A stretch of 64,000 nucleotides of DNA from Selaginella moellendorffii (GCF_000143415.4 NW_003314294.1:546692-610691), one strand, 5' to 3'. Positions 47,945 to 61,799 are shown, counted from the first letter of the stretch. Numbers and translations are program-made. The notes: generated by a model from the sequence alone, not told the origin.

Positions 47945-48629
47945 ATTTTGGTTTCTTTGTTCTTCCACCTGGGTTCTATTTTTCACAATCTAGTTGTCAG
48001 GATTTCAAGTGTGTCATTCCATAGGAGGCACAGGATCGGGCATGGGAACGCTCCTCATCTCCAGATAAGACAAGAGTGCCTGGCTTGTTGAGTTGGCCGG
48101 GAATTACAAGCAGCTAGTCACGCCCCTCATGGTAGCCGAGATGAGATTGTTGAGCTTCGGAAGCTAGCCGTCAACTTCATCCCATTTTCACGCATCATGG
48201 ATTCAGTAGGTCACAGCAGTACCGAGCTCTGAGCGTCCCGGAGATCACCCAGCAGATGTGGGACGCCAGGCGCTACCTCACGGCCTCAGCGATGTTCCGG
48301 GGACGCATGGGCACCAAAGTAGTGGACGAACAGATGCTCAACGTCCACAACAAGTACTCGTGGATCCCAAACAACGGCAAGTCGAGCGTGTGCAACATCC
48401 CTCCCAAGGGAAGATGTCGACGACTTTCATTCGGAAATGCAGATGTTCAACAGATGTTCAAGTGAGTGAGCGAGCAATTCACAGTGATGTTCCGGAGGAA
48501 GTCGTTCTTCCACTGGTACACAGGACAAGATGGAGTTTACCGAGGCCGAGAGCAACGTGGACAATCTGGTGTTCAAGTACCAGCAGTACCAGGACCCCAA
48601 GGCCAATGACGAGGGTAGACAACTATTAA
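47945..48629 (+). pseudogene. Scrambled beta-tubulin pseudogene (DNA-level copy of 39170-40290, opposite orientation)
   Basis: Retains intron-1 sequence and acceptor; many deletions; internal segment ~48088-48153 is inverted. Confidence 0.9.
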
Positions 48630-48781
48630 ATGACATGTTAATTGTTAAATGTATCTACTTTTAAAATTTCATGCACATGGAAAATTCATCCTGAAACAAA
48701 GGGAAACTCGAGGAAAACTTAAGGGAAAATCAAGAAATTTGAGGCTTACGTTTAATGGCTTTTCTGAGCTTTTCTGCATTT

Positions 48782-48881
48782 NNNNNNNNNNNNNNNNNNN
48801 NNNNNNNNNNNNNNNNNNNNNNNNNNNNNNNNNNNNNNNNNNNNNNNNNNNNNNNNNNNNNNNNNNNNNNNNNNNNNNNNN
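48782..48881. other. Assembly gap (100 N)
   Basis: Run of N. Confidence 1.
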
Positions 48882-50825
48882 CCTAAGAGAATGATTTACT
48901 ATATGGAGGTTAGATCTACTAATTATCAAATGGTTCATATTGGAATTATCCAGATTGGTATATTTTTGTTCAGTTTTTCATATTAGAATTTTCACATATA
49001 AATTGTCAAAATTTTTTTATGCATTACATGCAGCAACTAGTGTTATTCTTAGGTAATAAGTTAATTAATTAAAATTATAAGCATGTTTACTATCAACCAT
49101 TAGATGTTAAAATTTTCTAAAAAGTGTTTATGAATATAAACATGTTTATAAATTATATATACAATATTAATCTAAATGAATAACAACCATTAGATGGTAG
49201 AATATCCTAGAATATCCAAGCATATTCTAGGTATATTCACTACCACTCCACAAGTTTGCTTAAGCAAACAAAAAATTGTTAAATAATTTTTATTAAACTT
49301 TTCATACTGAAATTGACAAGCTTTATCAAGATTTGTTAGATAATTTTTATGTTGTATAAAATTTTCAAGATAATTTTGTTGAATTTTTATATTAGAATAT
49401 TGTAAAGATTTCACTTAAAATTTAATTCTTAATTTGGTTAAAACTTTTGAATCTTTATTTGTCACTACTTATAATAACTATATTATGTTATAAAATTGAA
49501 CACTTTGGAGTTAAATTTTGATAATAATGTGACCATAGCTATGTCTTGAGCATGATATAAAAATATTTATCATTCACTTAAAGAAAAATAAGGATTTTTA
49601 TTTTTATTTATAGCTTTTTTCAATCAATTTTAATGTCTAAATATTTTTTAAAAATAAAATATTAATAATTTTAACAGGATTGTTGTTTGTTATTTATACT
49701 TATAAACTTTTAAACTTATAGTATATTTATTTATATAAGATTTTGTTATTTCTTTTAATTATAAGTTCACTATGGATTTTCATAGTTCCTATCCTTGTTT
49801 GAGTCACTTCACTATATTTTATTCTTAAATGATTTGTTATCAATCTCCTTTATATTATTGTTTCTCAATTTGTTTATGAGTCTTAAATTGTTTTTTCAAA
49901 TATTTTTTATATGATGTATAAGATTTTTTGATAAAGAAATTAAATTTAAATTTTTTTGCTGATTTCAAGTTGTTTTGGCTCAAGTTTATTATCGATTATA
50001 AGCTTTTTTATATATTAATTTTTTAAAATTCTATTGATCTAATGTTTTAAAAAAAATAAAATTATGAATTTATTTTTATGAATAATTAAGCTTACTACAT
50101 TGATTTGTTGAGTTTACTTGAATTAATAATTACTGATTCTGAAATTTTTCTCAATTTCTGCTGCATTTAATATTGTACAGATCAGATAAATAATTTATTC
50201 AAAATTAAAATAAAATTCATTGAAAAAACAAAAAGTTGAATAATTTTTGTTCAAACTTGCCCATTTTTATTCCAAAATATTGTTTGAAGATTTTGTTCCT
50301 ATCTATGGAATATTAGTTTCTTTCTCCAAGAGTTTCATTATGGTTTGTTTGTTTTATTGACATGATATCTCTCTTAATTATTCATGTTTCAAGCTTACAT
50401 CATAGTTTTCAATCACTTTTTTATTTTTGATGGCACTGGTTATGGACTAAAATCTAGATTGCTATGGATTCTAAGTGTATATTTGATATTGTCAATATTA
50501 CTTATACTAACATTTTACCAATCATTGCTCATCTTTTCAATTTTTACTTTGATCTTCCTTTTTCTATCTCTGAAGGAACTTTCTATTGATAATGTTGATA
50601 AATATAAAGTTTAGAATAAATGCTCATGAAGCCACACTAAAGAATGTAAGAATGCTTATTAGTTCTAATTTTTTTATGTGATGTAATAGACACTGTTGAG
50701 TAACATGCAAATAAGAGAATGAACTTGCTTACTTACAACATAATTACAATAATTACAACATTATTGTTGAAATTTTGTCAAACTCTTGAAGAACTTGAGT
50801 TAAAGATTGATAAAATGATGACTAC

Positions 50826-50925
50826 NNNNNNNNNNNNNNNNNNNNNNNNNNNNNNNNNNNNNNNNNNNNNNNNNNNNNNNNNNNNNNNNNNNNNNNNNNN
50901 NNNNNNNNNNNNNNNNNNNNNNNNN
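50826..50925. other. Assembly gap (100 N)
   Basis: Run of N. Confidence 1.
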
Positions 50926-50929
50926 AACT

Positions 50930-51853
50930 TTAAAGATTTAAAACCACATATTATAAAAATATGAAAATAATGTGATGCTAAAAAGATTCTCAATGATTCT
51001 CTTAAAAAGGAATTTATATAAGTATATTCCAGTTTTTGCAAGTTCTCACTGGTTTAGGGTTTAAACCACATATAAGTGATCCTTGGGGTGCAAAAGAGGC
51101 ATTGACACACCTAATTGCGTGTGGTGCTGGCTGTGCGGTATAGCAATGGGTGCCACCAAATGCCAAGTTGAGGAAGAGACATGATGAACCCTAACCTATA
51201 TATGGATTTGAACTCCAAGTGCTTTTGGGACTTTGAAAAAAAAAACTAAGCCAAACTCATCCATGTGGAGATGATGTGGAAAATAACATGGTGATTTTCC
51301 ACATTGTTCTGTATGTGGAAATATACAGAACATACAATAAGTGATCCCTATATTTCCACATACAGAAATATGTGGAAATATTTCTATATATTTTTATAAT
51401 ATATAAAATACATTAAATTATTATTTTTTGGATCACTTATCGTTAGTTGAACACAGCGAGTAGTGGGTGATGAGAATCCCCAAGAACACAGGTACAAAGG
51501 CAAGCATATAGAATATGATGAGAACTTGCAAAAACTGAAATATACTTATATAAATTCCTTTTTAAGAGAATCCTTGAGAATCTTTTTAGCATCACATTAT
51601 TTTCATTTTTTTATAATATGCAGTTTTAAATCTTTCTCCATGTCATCATGTTATTTTCCACATCATCTCCACATGGATGAGTTTGGCTCAGTTTTTTTTT
51701 TCAAAGTCTCAAAAGCATTTGGAGTTCAAATCCATATATAGGTTAGGGTTCATCATGTCTCTTCCTCGACTTGGCATTTGGTGGCACCCATTCTATACCA
51801 CACAACCAGCACCACATGCAATTAAGTGTGTCAATGCCTTTTTTGCACCCCAA
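50930..51853. repeat. Permuted inverted repeats
   Basis: 50930-51048 is the reverse complement of ~51518-51635; 51082-51294 is the reverse complement of ~51643-51853. Confidence 0.85.
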
Positions 51854-52021
51854 GTGAGTCAATCAAGTGAGTTAACTTAGGGAGCCAAGCATCTATTATC
51901 CTTGGTATCCAGATTGTTGGGAGGTGTGTTGGTGCCTCTCTTGAAGCCCAGGTGAGTCAATCATGTGATTTAAGTCAGGGAGCTAGACATCTATTATCCT
52001 TGGCATCTAGATCGTTGGGAG
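51850..52021. repeat. ~75-bp direct repeat, two copies
   Basis: GTGAGTCAATCA...CATCTATTATCCTTGG...GTTGGGAG at ~51854 and ~51952. Confidence 0.8.
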
Positions 52022-52147
52022 TAAGCTCCTTCATATGGGATGGTGGAATAGGAAGCATTCAAATTCCAAAGTAGAATGAAGGCATTTGATAATAGATTAA
52101 TGCTTCCTAAAGGCTGTATGCAAACTTCTTAACATTAAATGGGATTA

Positions 52148-52362
52148 TGTGATGATGAGAAGGGAAGCACCACCATATTGAAATGCCAAAGACATAAAAA
52201 TTGATTTTGTGTGATTATAGGATGAGATTTAGATATACTATCATCATGAATCCTTGGAACCTTGGGGAATAAATAGAGATAAAATAACCACTAAGGGCTT
52301 TCTCATCAAGTAATTACCCTTTTTCATGTTTGTTTAAGAAGAAAGAGATAAAGTGCATTATA
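52148..52362 (+). mobile_element. Solo LTR related to the TRIM at 63513
   Basis: Homologous to 63525-63679; TG...TA(CA) ends; 5-bp TSD GATTA/GATTT. Confidence 0.7.
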
Positions 52363-52399
52363 GATTTCAAGTGAAAGCTTGATAAATTTATATTTTTAG

Positions 52400-53565
52400 C
52401 ATTATTGTGGCCTAGTGAGAAAGATGTAGATGGCATTACAAGGTGGATATATAGGTTTTTGCAGGTATCACGGCTCTAGTTCAGCAACAAGAGTGCAAGC
52501 TCATATGCCTACCGTGTAAAGATACTATGTTATGGTCAGACCATTCGTCTTTATGGAGGAATGCAAAAGCATGAAGAGGATTGACCATATCTATATTGCA
52601 AAGAGGGACTGTTCTTGGGAAGCAAAGTGACACAAGACAAAAAATGGAATAGGATAGAGCATCTTGTGCTCATGAAATGGACAAGGGAAATAAAATAATG
52701 TCTAGTCTATTCCCCCACAGTCCTTAGTGGTAGTGCTTTGGATGCCAATGCCATGCATTGAACCTTGTGTTGAGTGCATGGAACTGGCTGCCTTACATAT
52801 TTAGCATCTTTGACAAAGGCCACTAGATATCCAAGTTAATCATGACACATCCTCAAGTTCTTGTGATCTATAGAGAGTTGCAAATGAAGAAGCTAGAGCT
52901 ACAAATGCCTATGAAAACATGATTTGCAACAAAATACATTTGTCTCCACTGGCTACAACAAATGAAGTCTTCAATCCAGTTTACTTTGAATTATGCAAAG
53001 TATCAAGAACGGAAACACAAGCAAGTAGAGAAGTCCAAGGCTTTTGAAGTTATGGAAGCAAAGGCTACTCTTATGGACAATGGTTATTGACAAGAATTGG
53101 ACATGCTTCTTTCACTTTGGAACCCATTTTACATTGTGATCCAATTGTTTGATTGCAAGTCACCAGCTCTCAAAAAGGTTTATAGGACATGGCTAGGTAT
53201 CATTGAAGAATCCAGAGTACCGAAATGTTGTGAAGTCATTGAACTAGAGTGACAAGCCCCTTGCACACTTCAATTCAAGCCCTTAGAATGATCCCCTTTA
53301 GCAAGGTACAATTGATGGAGTAGTTGAACAGGTTTGGATGGGGAATATGGAGGAGTGGCAGTTCTAGCCAAAGCAAAAAAGCAATGAGGAAGGCATTTAT
53401 ATTACAAAACTTTGTAATATGTTTACTTTCTTATGTTGCTAGTAATAGTGCTTCAAGTGGAATTGGAGCTCCTACAAGTTCATACATTCAAAGTACAAGA
53501 ACTGACTGACGATAGAGCATATAAAGAGATTAGTGCTCAAATTCTGCAATGAAACACTTTGGAAT
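52400..53565 (+). mobile_element. Degenerate hAT transposase (DUF659-type region and C-terminal dimerisation domain)
   Basis: T*FATKYI (TRFAT-like); LQNFVICLLS..RNWSSYKFIHSKYKN*LTIEHIKRLV. Confidence 0.8.
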
Positions 53566-53790
53566 GGGAATGAGTTAAGGAGGACACAGATGTCAAAGGT
53601 AACTGGAGTTTTAAACTTGATGCAAAGCAAGAGTGGAACAATAATGATGACTCATTTCAACAATATAATAACACATGAACTAATGGTGGTGGTAGGTAAC
53701 AGTGTATCCATTTGTGGTTAATCTCATTGTAGTTTCTTGTCCATAAGTCTCCTAGTTCAGCTTGTGATGAAGAAGATGTTGGGTTTGAAG

Positions 53791-53960
53791 CTATTGAGAC
53801 ATTCTTTCACACTTGCTATTACATTGGGTAATCAAAGGTAGGGCTCTAAAGTTTACACTTCCCAAACCTTCACATAACTTTATAGCTATTGCAATGAGTT
53901 TTTGTGCACCTCTACCTCCACGATGTTGAGGAAGGAATGAAGGAGGTTCAAGTTTGACAA
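53791..53960 (-). mobile_element. Second hAT dimerisation-domain fragment
   Basis: GGRGAQKLIAIAIKL...NSKCER. Confidence 0.45.
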
Positions 53961-55125
53961 CCACAATTAATGCATTGGTTGAAGCCAATGTTTAACTTGA
54001 CTCGACTGCAATAACAATGTAGCAATAGGCAACTTCAGCTCATTCTGAGGCACTAGCTCCACCAAGTAGTACACCACTAGTGTAATACAACATTATAAGC
54101 AATACTGTTGTTTCAACTGATTCATCACAATATTGTGTGGGAGAGGTGGTTAGATTATTATCTAAGGATGGTCAAGAGTTCGGAAAGGGAAGCATTTTTT
54201 CCTTTTTGGCTGAATAGACAGTTCATTCAAGTAGAAAGATAGGTGAAGAAAACATTCTTCTTCAAATCTTATAATTACATATCAGTTTCGAGAGCATTCA
54301 ATTACCTTATCTGCCTGAGCAAGATGTGGACACAGTTGGAGATTTAGGCTGAATAATGGTTTTTCCATTGGTGAGTCCTTCTTCACCCCACAACTTTCAA
54401 CATCAGAGATACTCTTTCTTATGGATTGAAAGGCAGCCTTTCTATTGCTAATTTGATTTCATGTAAGCAAGCTACTACTAGAACTACTATTGTTGTGACA
54501 GTTGCTAAAACACCAATGCATCAGGCCTTCAACAAGCTGAAAGTGTACCACTACCACAAAAAAAGAAGAAAGGTTGACCATACAAGGAGAAGCAATAAAA
54601 ATGATAAGGTAAACTTGTTTGTAAACATATAGAACAAATAGTTACTTACAAAGGGCTACAAATCTATAATGTGAAGGATGTGTATGCTTGTTTGTTCTTT
54701 TGTGATGTTTGTCATTGTGAGAGTGAGTGAGTATTAATGAATTGTGAGAGTGAGTTCATTCATATTCTTACTTTCTATGTTTTCAAATTACAAATAATCA
54801 ATGATAACGTCACACTTCACTTCATTTAGACACCACAAATGAAAAAGAGTAACTTCATTTTTTCTTGAGATCTTTTGCCATATTCAATGTTAAGGTGCTC
54901 AATCCTGACTAAAAGAAGTCAAATTATCATTGTTGTCGAAGCCAAAGAGGATTGGAACTAGATAACTAACCCTCATTGAAATTAAAATTAAAGAGTTTGT
55001 TTTGTCTTGTGTATTATTCTTCTTCGTGTTTTCCTTTGGGTTGTTCTCTCTAAATGCAAAGCTTGCAATTGCTTCATATGTGGAAAAAGATTCATAGATT
55101 AAATCATTAACTTCTATAACTTGTT

Positions 55126-55225
55126 NNNNNNNNNNNNNNNNNNNNNNNNNNNNNNNNNNNNNNNNNNNNNNNNNNNNNNNNNNNNNNNNNNNNNNNNNNN
55201 NNNNNNNNNNNNNNNNNNNNNNNNN
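55126..55225. other. Assembly gap (100 N)
   Basis: Run of N. Confidence 1.
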
Positions 55226-57199
55226 GTCAGATTTAATATTTAATATTTATAAATCTGACTTCCATCAATTTTTGTATAATATAATGATGAAATCAAATTT
55301 AAATTAGAATTTATCTGACCTTAAAATTGTAATTAAAAAAATATAATTACAATTTAACTGATTATTATACTTTTAAAATCATTATTTTCTTTTTATTTAA
55401 TTATGATTATTATCATTTATATTTACTTATTAATTATTATAATTTTAAAAATTCTTGCTTTGTATGGACTTCAATTTGATTATAATTCAATTTATTTGAT
55501 AATTATTATTTTGGAAAATCTTGATTTTGTTCTGATTTCTTTTTATTTAAGTAGGAAAAGTCACCACTCATACTCAAAAGTGATATAAGGTCAAAGATTA
55601 CCCTTTTGTACTAAGATCAATGAAGCTACTACTATGTACTACTATAAGAATTCCTATATAGAAATCTAGGCCAAACATATAAAGGAATTTGGTGTAAGAT
55701 ATAAATTTTTAAGCCCCAAAATGGAATTGAAAGTGTGTCATATGGCAATGGTTGAAGTAGGAGTCAAACGAGCATAACACATTTGGACCAAAAGCTCTAA
55801 CTTAGAAAGTCGAGAGCAGGAGTGGAACTCACAACAAAGTGCTCGAGGAACGAGCACAAAGCTATCAATGAATGAGTCTTTAGAAAGGGATACAAAACTA
55901 ATTGACACAAGACAAGTGTTATAACACATGGAAGTCCAAGAAAGAGTCTGTGATAGATTCAAGATGGAGTCCGAGATGAATCTAAGATGGAGTTTGAGAT
56001 GGAGGTAAACATTATGAGGGGTTGCAAAAGTATATTAAGGAGAGTGGAACCAATTTGGCTAGAAAAGGTTAGTGTGACCTAGGAAGGTTATAACCACATG
56101 GTGGGTGATGATATAACCATTAAAGAGTTTAATTCTAAAGTGAACATAGATGAACAAGTGAGGTAACTTGGGTAAAATATTCAAGAGCCAACTCTATCTC
56201 CTCTAGGAGATCAAATGGTTAATGCTCTCAATCCAAGTGTGGGTAACACTACCTACTTGGATACTTAGTATGGCTCATCAAAGCCTTGCTCTAGCCATAT
56301 AACTAGGGCACTCAGAGATGGAAGATGGGGGAGTACTCATAAGGTTTATGTAGAGCTGTAGTGTTTTAAAATGTCATCCCAAAGTCCCAAATTGTGGAAA
56401 GGAAGAGGAGCAATCCTCTTGTGTAATGACCAAGAATATACTTATGTGGTGAGGAAGTCCCAAAGGTTAATAGGACTTAGTGGTCAAGCATTTGGGCTTT
56501 AACCCAATGGTAGTGTTGGCAAGCATTACCACGGATGGAGAGGGATTTAGTAAGAAATAAAGAAGGGATATTAGAGAAGGGTGATTCTTATGTCTTTAAG
56601 CATCCTAAGGATGCTAAGATGTGGTTATAGGATAACCACTCATGAACGGATGGCTCAGATTTTGGGAGACGGGATTGTGGTATATGTGGTCTTGGATTAC
56701 CAATAAGATAAAAGTGAAAGGATATAACTTTAATGTAACAGGTTGATATATCAATGGTACCTTTGGGTGTTTGTAGTGGGATTGGACACATGAAGCATTT
56801 GAACCAAATGTAAAGGCAAAATGGTATAGAAGCTATTCATAAGGGTAACAAGTCCCTAAGTCAACAATAGAATTTATGGAGGTTATGAGGGAAATTCTTT
56901 CAAGTGGTCAAAGGTGTGATTAAGCGACTAAAGTAGAATGGAAAAATTAATCATTTACACTCAAATGGGAATCCTAGAAATTTATAAAAGAGACATAACT
57001 AATCTTAATTTGATTCAAGTGAAGGGTTGGGTTTATATACTAAACTAGCATGCTAATCACTATCAATGAAAATAGTGTGCCTTCTTAGGCTATGAAAATA
57101 ATTAAGTCCTAAACCTTTCCACTAGTCATTTAAGCTTGATATATTGCTTTAGCCTACACTCAAGCTTAATTTTGTGCCTAATCTTAAATTTTTAATAGT

Positions 57200-57745
57200 T
57201 GTAAGTTTTTGTATTTAAACTTCCCAAAAAGTCATTTAGCCCAATATTATTCAAACCCAAAGACACTTAATTTTAACTATCCCAAGTCTTAACCAATTGG
57301 AAAAAAGGGTGCACTATTGTTCATGGGCCCTTTCCCTTTATATTTGAACCTTATAGATCGCTTTTTAAATTGTTATTTTTAGTTATTTATAATCTACTAT
57401 GCTTCCCTACGAGTTTACACCCTCGTGAATGGAAGTTGAGAGCCATACCACTTGACACACTACCCCTTGAGTTGAGCCTAGCCGAAGGCAAACTAGATCT
57501 ACCTTTCAAGTCATTTTTTTTTAGTTGCTTGCAATCTACCACATTTCTCTGCAAGTTCACACTCTCGTGAATAGAAGTTAAGAGCCGTAGTTCTTGACAC
57601 CCTACACCTCAAATTGAGCCCAATAGGAGGCAAACTAGACTTGCTAGATGTCAATCTCAACATATAGTATAATTCCTCTAGCTAACTAATAGAGTTAAAC
57701 TTGAGACTTTTCTGATATCAAATGTAAGATCCTGTATTTGGATCT
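57200..57745 (-). mobile_element. Cassandra-like TRIM copy 2: partial 5' LTR, PBS, internal region with ~90-bp duplication, PPT, full 3' LTR (57200-57391)
   Basis: LTR homologous to 37205-37399 including the 5S-like segment; plus strand TCTGATATCAAATGTAAG is the reverse complement of LTR end plus PBS. Confidence 0.75.
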
Positions 57746-58827
57746 TGAAGAACAACAAATCATTCTACATCAACAATAATCAAGCAAAAACCTTTTGACA
57801 AGGATAATCAATTATTCTAGATGATAATCAATCATATATAGATAAAATTTTTCTAAAGGACACTTCTTGTTATAACAATTTAAATATTTATTACATGCCA
57901 TAATAGGGATGTTTATTAGAACATAAAAAAAATGTTTGCAGAAAAATTATTCTTGTCACTTCCTTATATCTGTACTCTGTGCTTTTTGGCTAGTAAATAT
58001 TAAGTTTTTCAGAATTAAAAAATTATTAAATTTGAAATAAAATTCTATATAAGGTTATATAACCGTTTGAAAGGAAAAAAACAACGATTGATATAAGCTT
58101 ATTATATATAAAAGAAAGACTTGGTTTTTTCTAGAATACATTCTTGAGGGGTTTGTCATAGCATATTGTTTAAAATTTATAGATCTTCACTTGCACTTTT
58201 ATTTGAAAAGAGGGAAATATATACAAATGTCTATTGGTTCTAGTGCTAGTAATTTTAACTCTTGCAATTTTTCTTCCTATGGTTCAAGGGTTAGAAGATG
58301 CAATAACTATCCCATTGCACAACACAATTAAACCACACAAGAGAAAGAAAGAGAGGATAGTGAAGATAGTGGTAATGAGTTAAAGATAAATACAATGACA
58401 AAGGGTGCAACAAATTGGGGAAAAAGAATGCTCTTTTTATTTGTTTCAGAAAATTACAATTTCATGACTTTCACTATATATTTCTGGTTTCTAGTGAAAA
58501 AATGGTGATGATCAGTATGATGGTATATATGCTCTTGTGACACATTGCAACATCAAGCATCCGAAAGACTACTATAAAATATTTTTTAAGATGGTAAAGA
58601 CAGAAATGGAGATACATGAGTACTATGGGCAATATTGCGAAAAAAACACTCACAAGTATATGAAATGAAAACATATTTTTTATTAATTATATAAAGTATA
58701 ATAAGTTTATGTTATTGATAGAGAATAAATATCAATAGTGTTAGAAAATCTAGTTAGCTCCAAAAGTTTTCTGCAACTTAGCAATAATAAGGCTTACTTG
58801 GTGTATATGAATATCCACTTTAGGATC

Positions 58828-59010
58828 CTAGTGCAAGATGTTGATAAAGATGTAGTATATATGTTTGCAAAGAGCATATGCCTTCCCATATTCCTCACAC
58901 TTCATAAAGTCTAAACATATGCAAGAAGGAATGTCTTGAATGATAATTATGTACTCTTCACCTTTTATTTTGATTATGTATTCCTTTGCAAGCATAGTGA
59001 TGTATTTCAT
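58828..59010 (-). mobile_element. SWIM zinc-finger fragment, probably transposon-derived
   Basis: YIIIIQDIPSCICLDF...CKHIYYIF (CxCxnCxH) within AT-rich decayed DNA. Confidence 0.6.
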
Positions 59011-60760
59011 GAAGAGAATTTCACACTCAAGTGTTTAAGCCAAGCTTATTTTAACCTACTTCTACTTAGAGATGGTACCAATAAATTTAACTGCTTTACC
59101 TTTTCTTGCTAGCCTCCTATGCATCTCTATAGAAACAATCCTAGTTTTGTCACTCTACATTCCACTATAGGGTGGTTTAAGAACCTTATATTTTGCATTA
59201 GCTAATGCAGTGTTTCCCAAGAGGATGTTGTTCCTCACCATGAAGTGATAGTAGGTATGTGTCCATAACTCATTCTTGAATCTATTGTACATCCATGTAC
59301 TACAATGCTCAAGAAAAGTTTATAAACCTATAGAGTCATTTGTCTTATCCAAAAAAAGTAGCATATTGGACACCAAATGTAATAGCGTTCTGTGCTTTCA
59401 AATAGTCTCGCCATGTTAAGAGCAAGATCTTGCAAAGAGAGCTTTAATTCAGTTTCACTAGAGCCCTCTGCAAAAAAAGGATTGTTATGTGGAGGTGAAG
59501 GTAGAATGTTGGTAGAACTTGGGGATGGAGGTGAAAATTGATATAAAATGATAAGGGGCTAAGTATGAGTAGCAGTGACTTTCCTTTGAGCTATTTCAAT
59601 ACAAACTTCCAAAGAGCTCAAGGAAAACAAAAAAACTACAATGACTATAACTTTTCTAGATAGTTTATATATTAAGTTTTGGTCTTGGGAATGAGGTTTA
59701 TTTATTATGACATTGACAATACTTAGATTTTTGAAATGTTAGTCTCAGAAATAGGGCTTCATAATCATAGCTTGCTTGTAAACATAAGAGGTTTTAGAAT
59801 TCTAGATTATCGTGTATATGCATGCTCTATTATTATGATAAAATCCTACTTTACTACGTATATATTCTTTTCTACACATGCCAAATTTCTAAGGAAATAA
59901 ACTGCAGGGAAATATAAACCACATTATAGGCAAGGCATATTGACACGCTGCCATTTTCTCGTGTAAGATTGTTTTTAAGTCTTGGAAATATAGATAAAGT
60001 TGATTCTTTGATGTGATATTACTTTTGAGTCTTTTGAAAGATTTCGATTTCTTTTATTATTATTCACAAACAACTCCCAAAATTTTTTAATAATGATTCA
60101 CTACAAAAATCTTATGGATTTATTTTCTTCATATGGAAGGATTGCAATATAGGTAGGCAATAGAGTTTTTAATATGAATTAATATATAAATTACAAATAT
60201 TATGGAAAGTTTTATGGAGTAGATTTCTTGGAGCTTTCTGCTGTGCTATTCATTTCTTCATTTCTCTTGCTTTGGATTGTTATTTCAGAAGTAATAGGAG
60301 GATTTTTATCAATCGTGATAGTGATCTCCACATTCCCAAATGGGTAATAAGGACCAAGAGTGTAATATAAAGATTTTGGTAGTGAAACAAAATTAACATT
60401 CTCATATTCCTTTGCACTATAACTTTTACTCATACATCTTTTATTTTCCTTGCTTCCCATCTTCACAAAAACCCTAAAAAATGTTTTGAATAAAGGAATA
60501 GTATGTACAGCTGTAAAAGTATTTAAAATACTAAGTAGTTAAATCAAAATATGATAGCTGTAACAGTAGTCATAATAAAATAAAATAGCTTTACAAAAGA
60601 TAGGTTCTCGTGAACTTTGTTCTTTTTAAACAATCTTTGGGTAAGAACATTCTCTCGAAAAGTGTTCTACTTCACTGTAGTTGAAACATATGTTATTTCT
60701 CATGCTACTAGCCAACTTGACCTTTTTATTTATAAGTTTGTCCCTTTTCTTTTGACTCCC

Positions 60761-61400
60761 CTACATATTTGCTTGTTGGCCACTAGATCTACCTTTTCGA
60801 AACACCAAGGGTTCATTTTTAGAGAAACTCTTCTTAAATTTCCCTTTGCCATATGTCCCCCTTGGTTTGGCTCCTTTGCTGAACGTGGATCCTGATCCTG
60901 TTGTGTTCCCCTTTCTCAGATTATCATTGAAATGCACCTTAATAATTGCATCTAATGCTTCCTTGTAGTTGGTCGGGTTCCAATGCATCATTTTGCCTTG
61001 AGCCCAAGTCTGCAAGCCTAATATGAAGGCATGGAACACATCCATCTCACCCATGTCCGTGACAAGTATCCTCTTTGCTATAAACACATTCACATACTCT
61101 TGAATGGTTCCTGTCTGCTTCAGCCTGCTTAGCTCATCCCTTAGATGCAGAGTAGCATTTAGAGGAATGTAAGTTGCACAAATCTTCGCTTTCATAATTT
61201 CCCAAGTGGCTATCGATTCTTCATTGGCCTTTATTATTCTCCACCAAGACTTAGTATTATGGTTTTGTACATGGGATTTTCTCCAAGTTCGGTAACCGCA
61301 ACACTCGGAAGTAATCCTCCATATCGTAAAACTAATTCTTCACCACCTTATAGTCATTCACTCTTTTGAAGACTAGTGGGGGCTTTGGTTTACATTTAGG
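60761..61400 (-). mobile_element. Ty3/gypsy gag remnant
   Basis: DMEDYF, SWWR..TWEIMKAK, LSRLKQTGTIQEYVNVF, FILGL. Confidence 0.85.
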
Positions 61401-61799
61401 AATTACTTAAGGGACTGATTCCAGTTCAGTTTGTTCGACTTTGTTCGGTTTTGCATTAGTCCCGGCCAAAGGGTCCACGCCCTTTGCACTGCCAGCATAT
61501 GTAGTCTTTTGTTTTTTCTTTCGCTTTTTGTCACGCTTTAGCTTGCATATAAGAATCTCCAATAACTTTGAGTATAACCAAAGAAGATAACTATGCATAA
61601 TCAATACTCAACCAAAACTAAAGTGAAGACCATAAAATGGACTCATATAGATACATAATCTCTTAATAGACAAAGTTACAGTGTAGGTACTAACATCTCA
61701 ACCACAAATAACTAAGTTCGACATCACCATCCTCAACCAAGACAAAAGGTTAGCAAGACCAAGTCAAGATCAGTGAAAGCTCATTACTCTCATAGAGTC

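Noticed and set aside
48900-50800. Very AT-rich tract with short hydrophobic ORFs, considered as Helitron or organellar insert
   Set aside because: No diagnostic motifs or termini found; the ORFs are compositional.
55960-56950. Possible gag/integrase remnant with short GATGGAG repeats
   Set aside because: Motifs too decayed to support a call.
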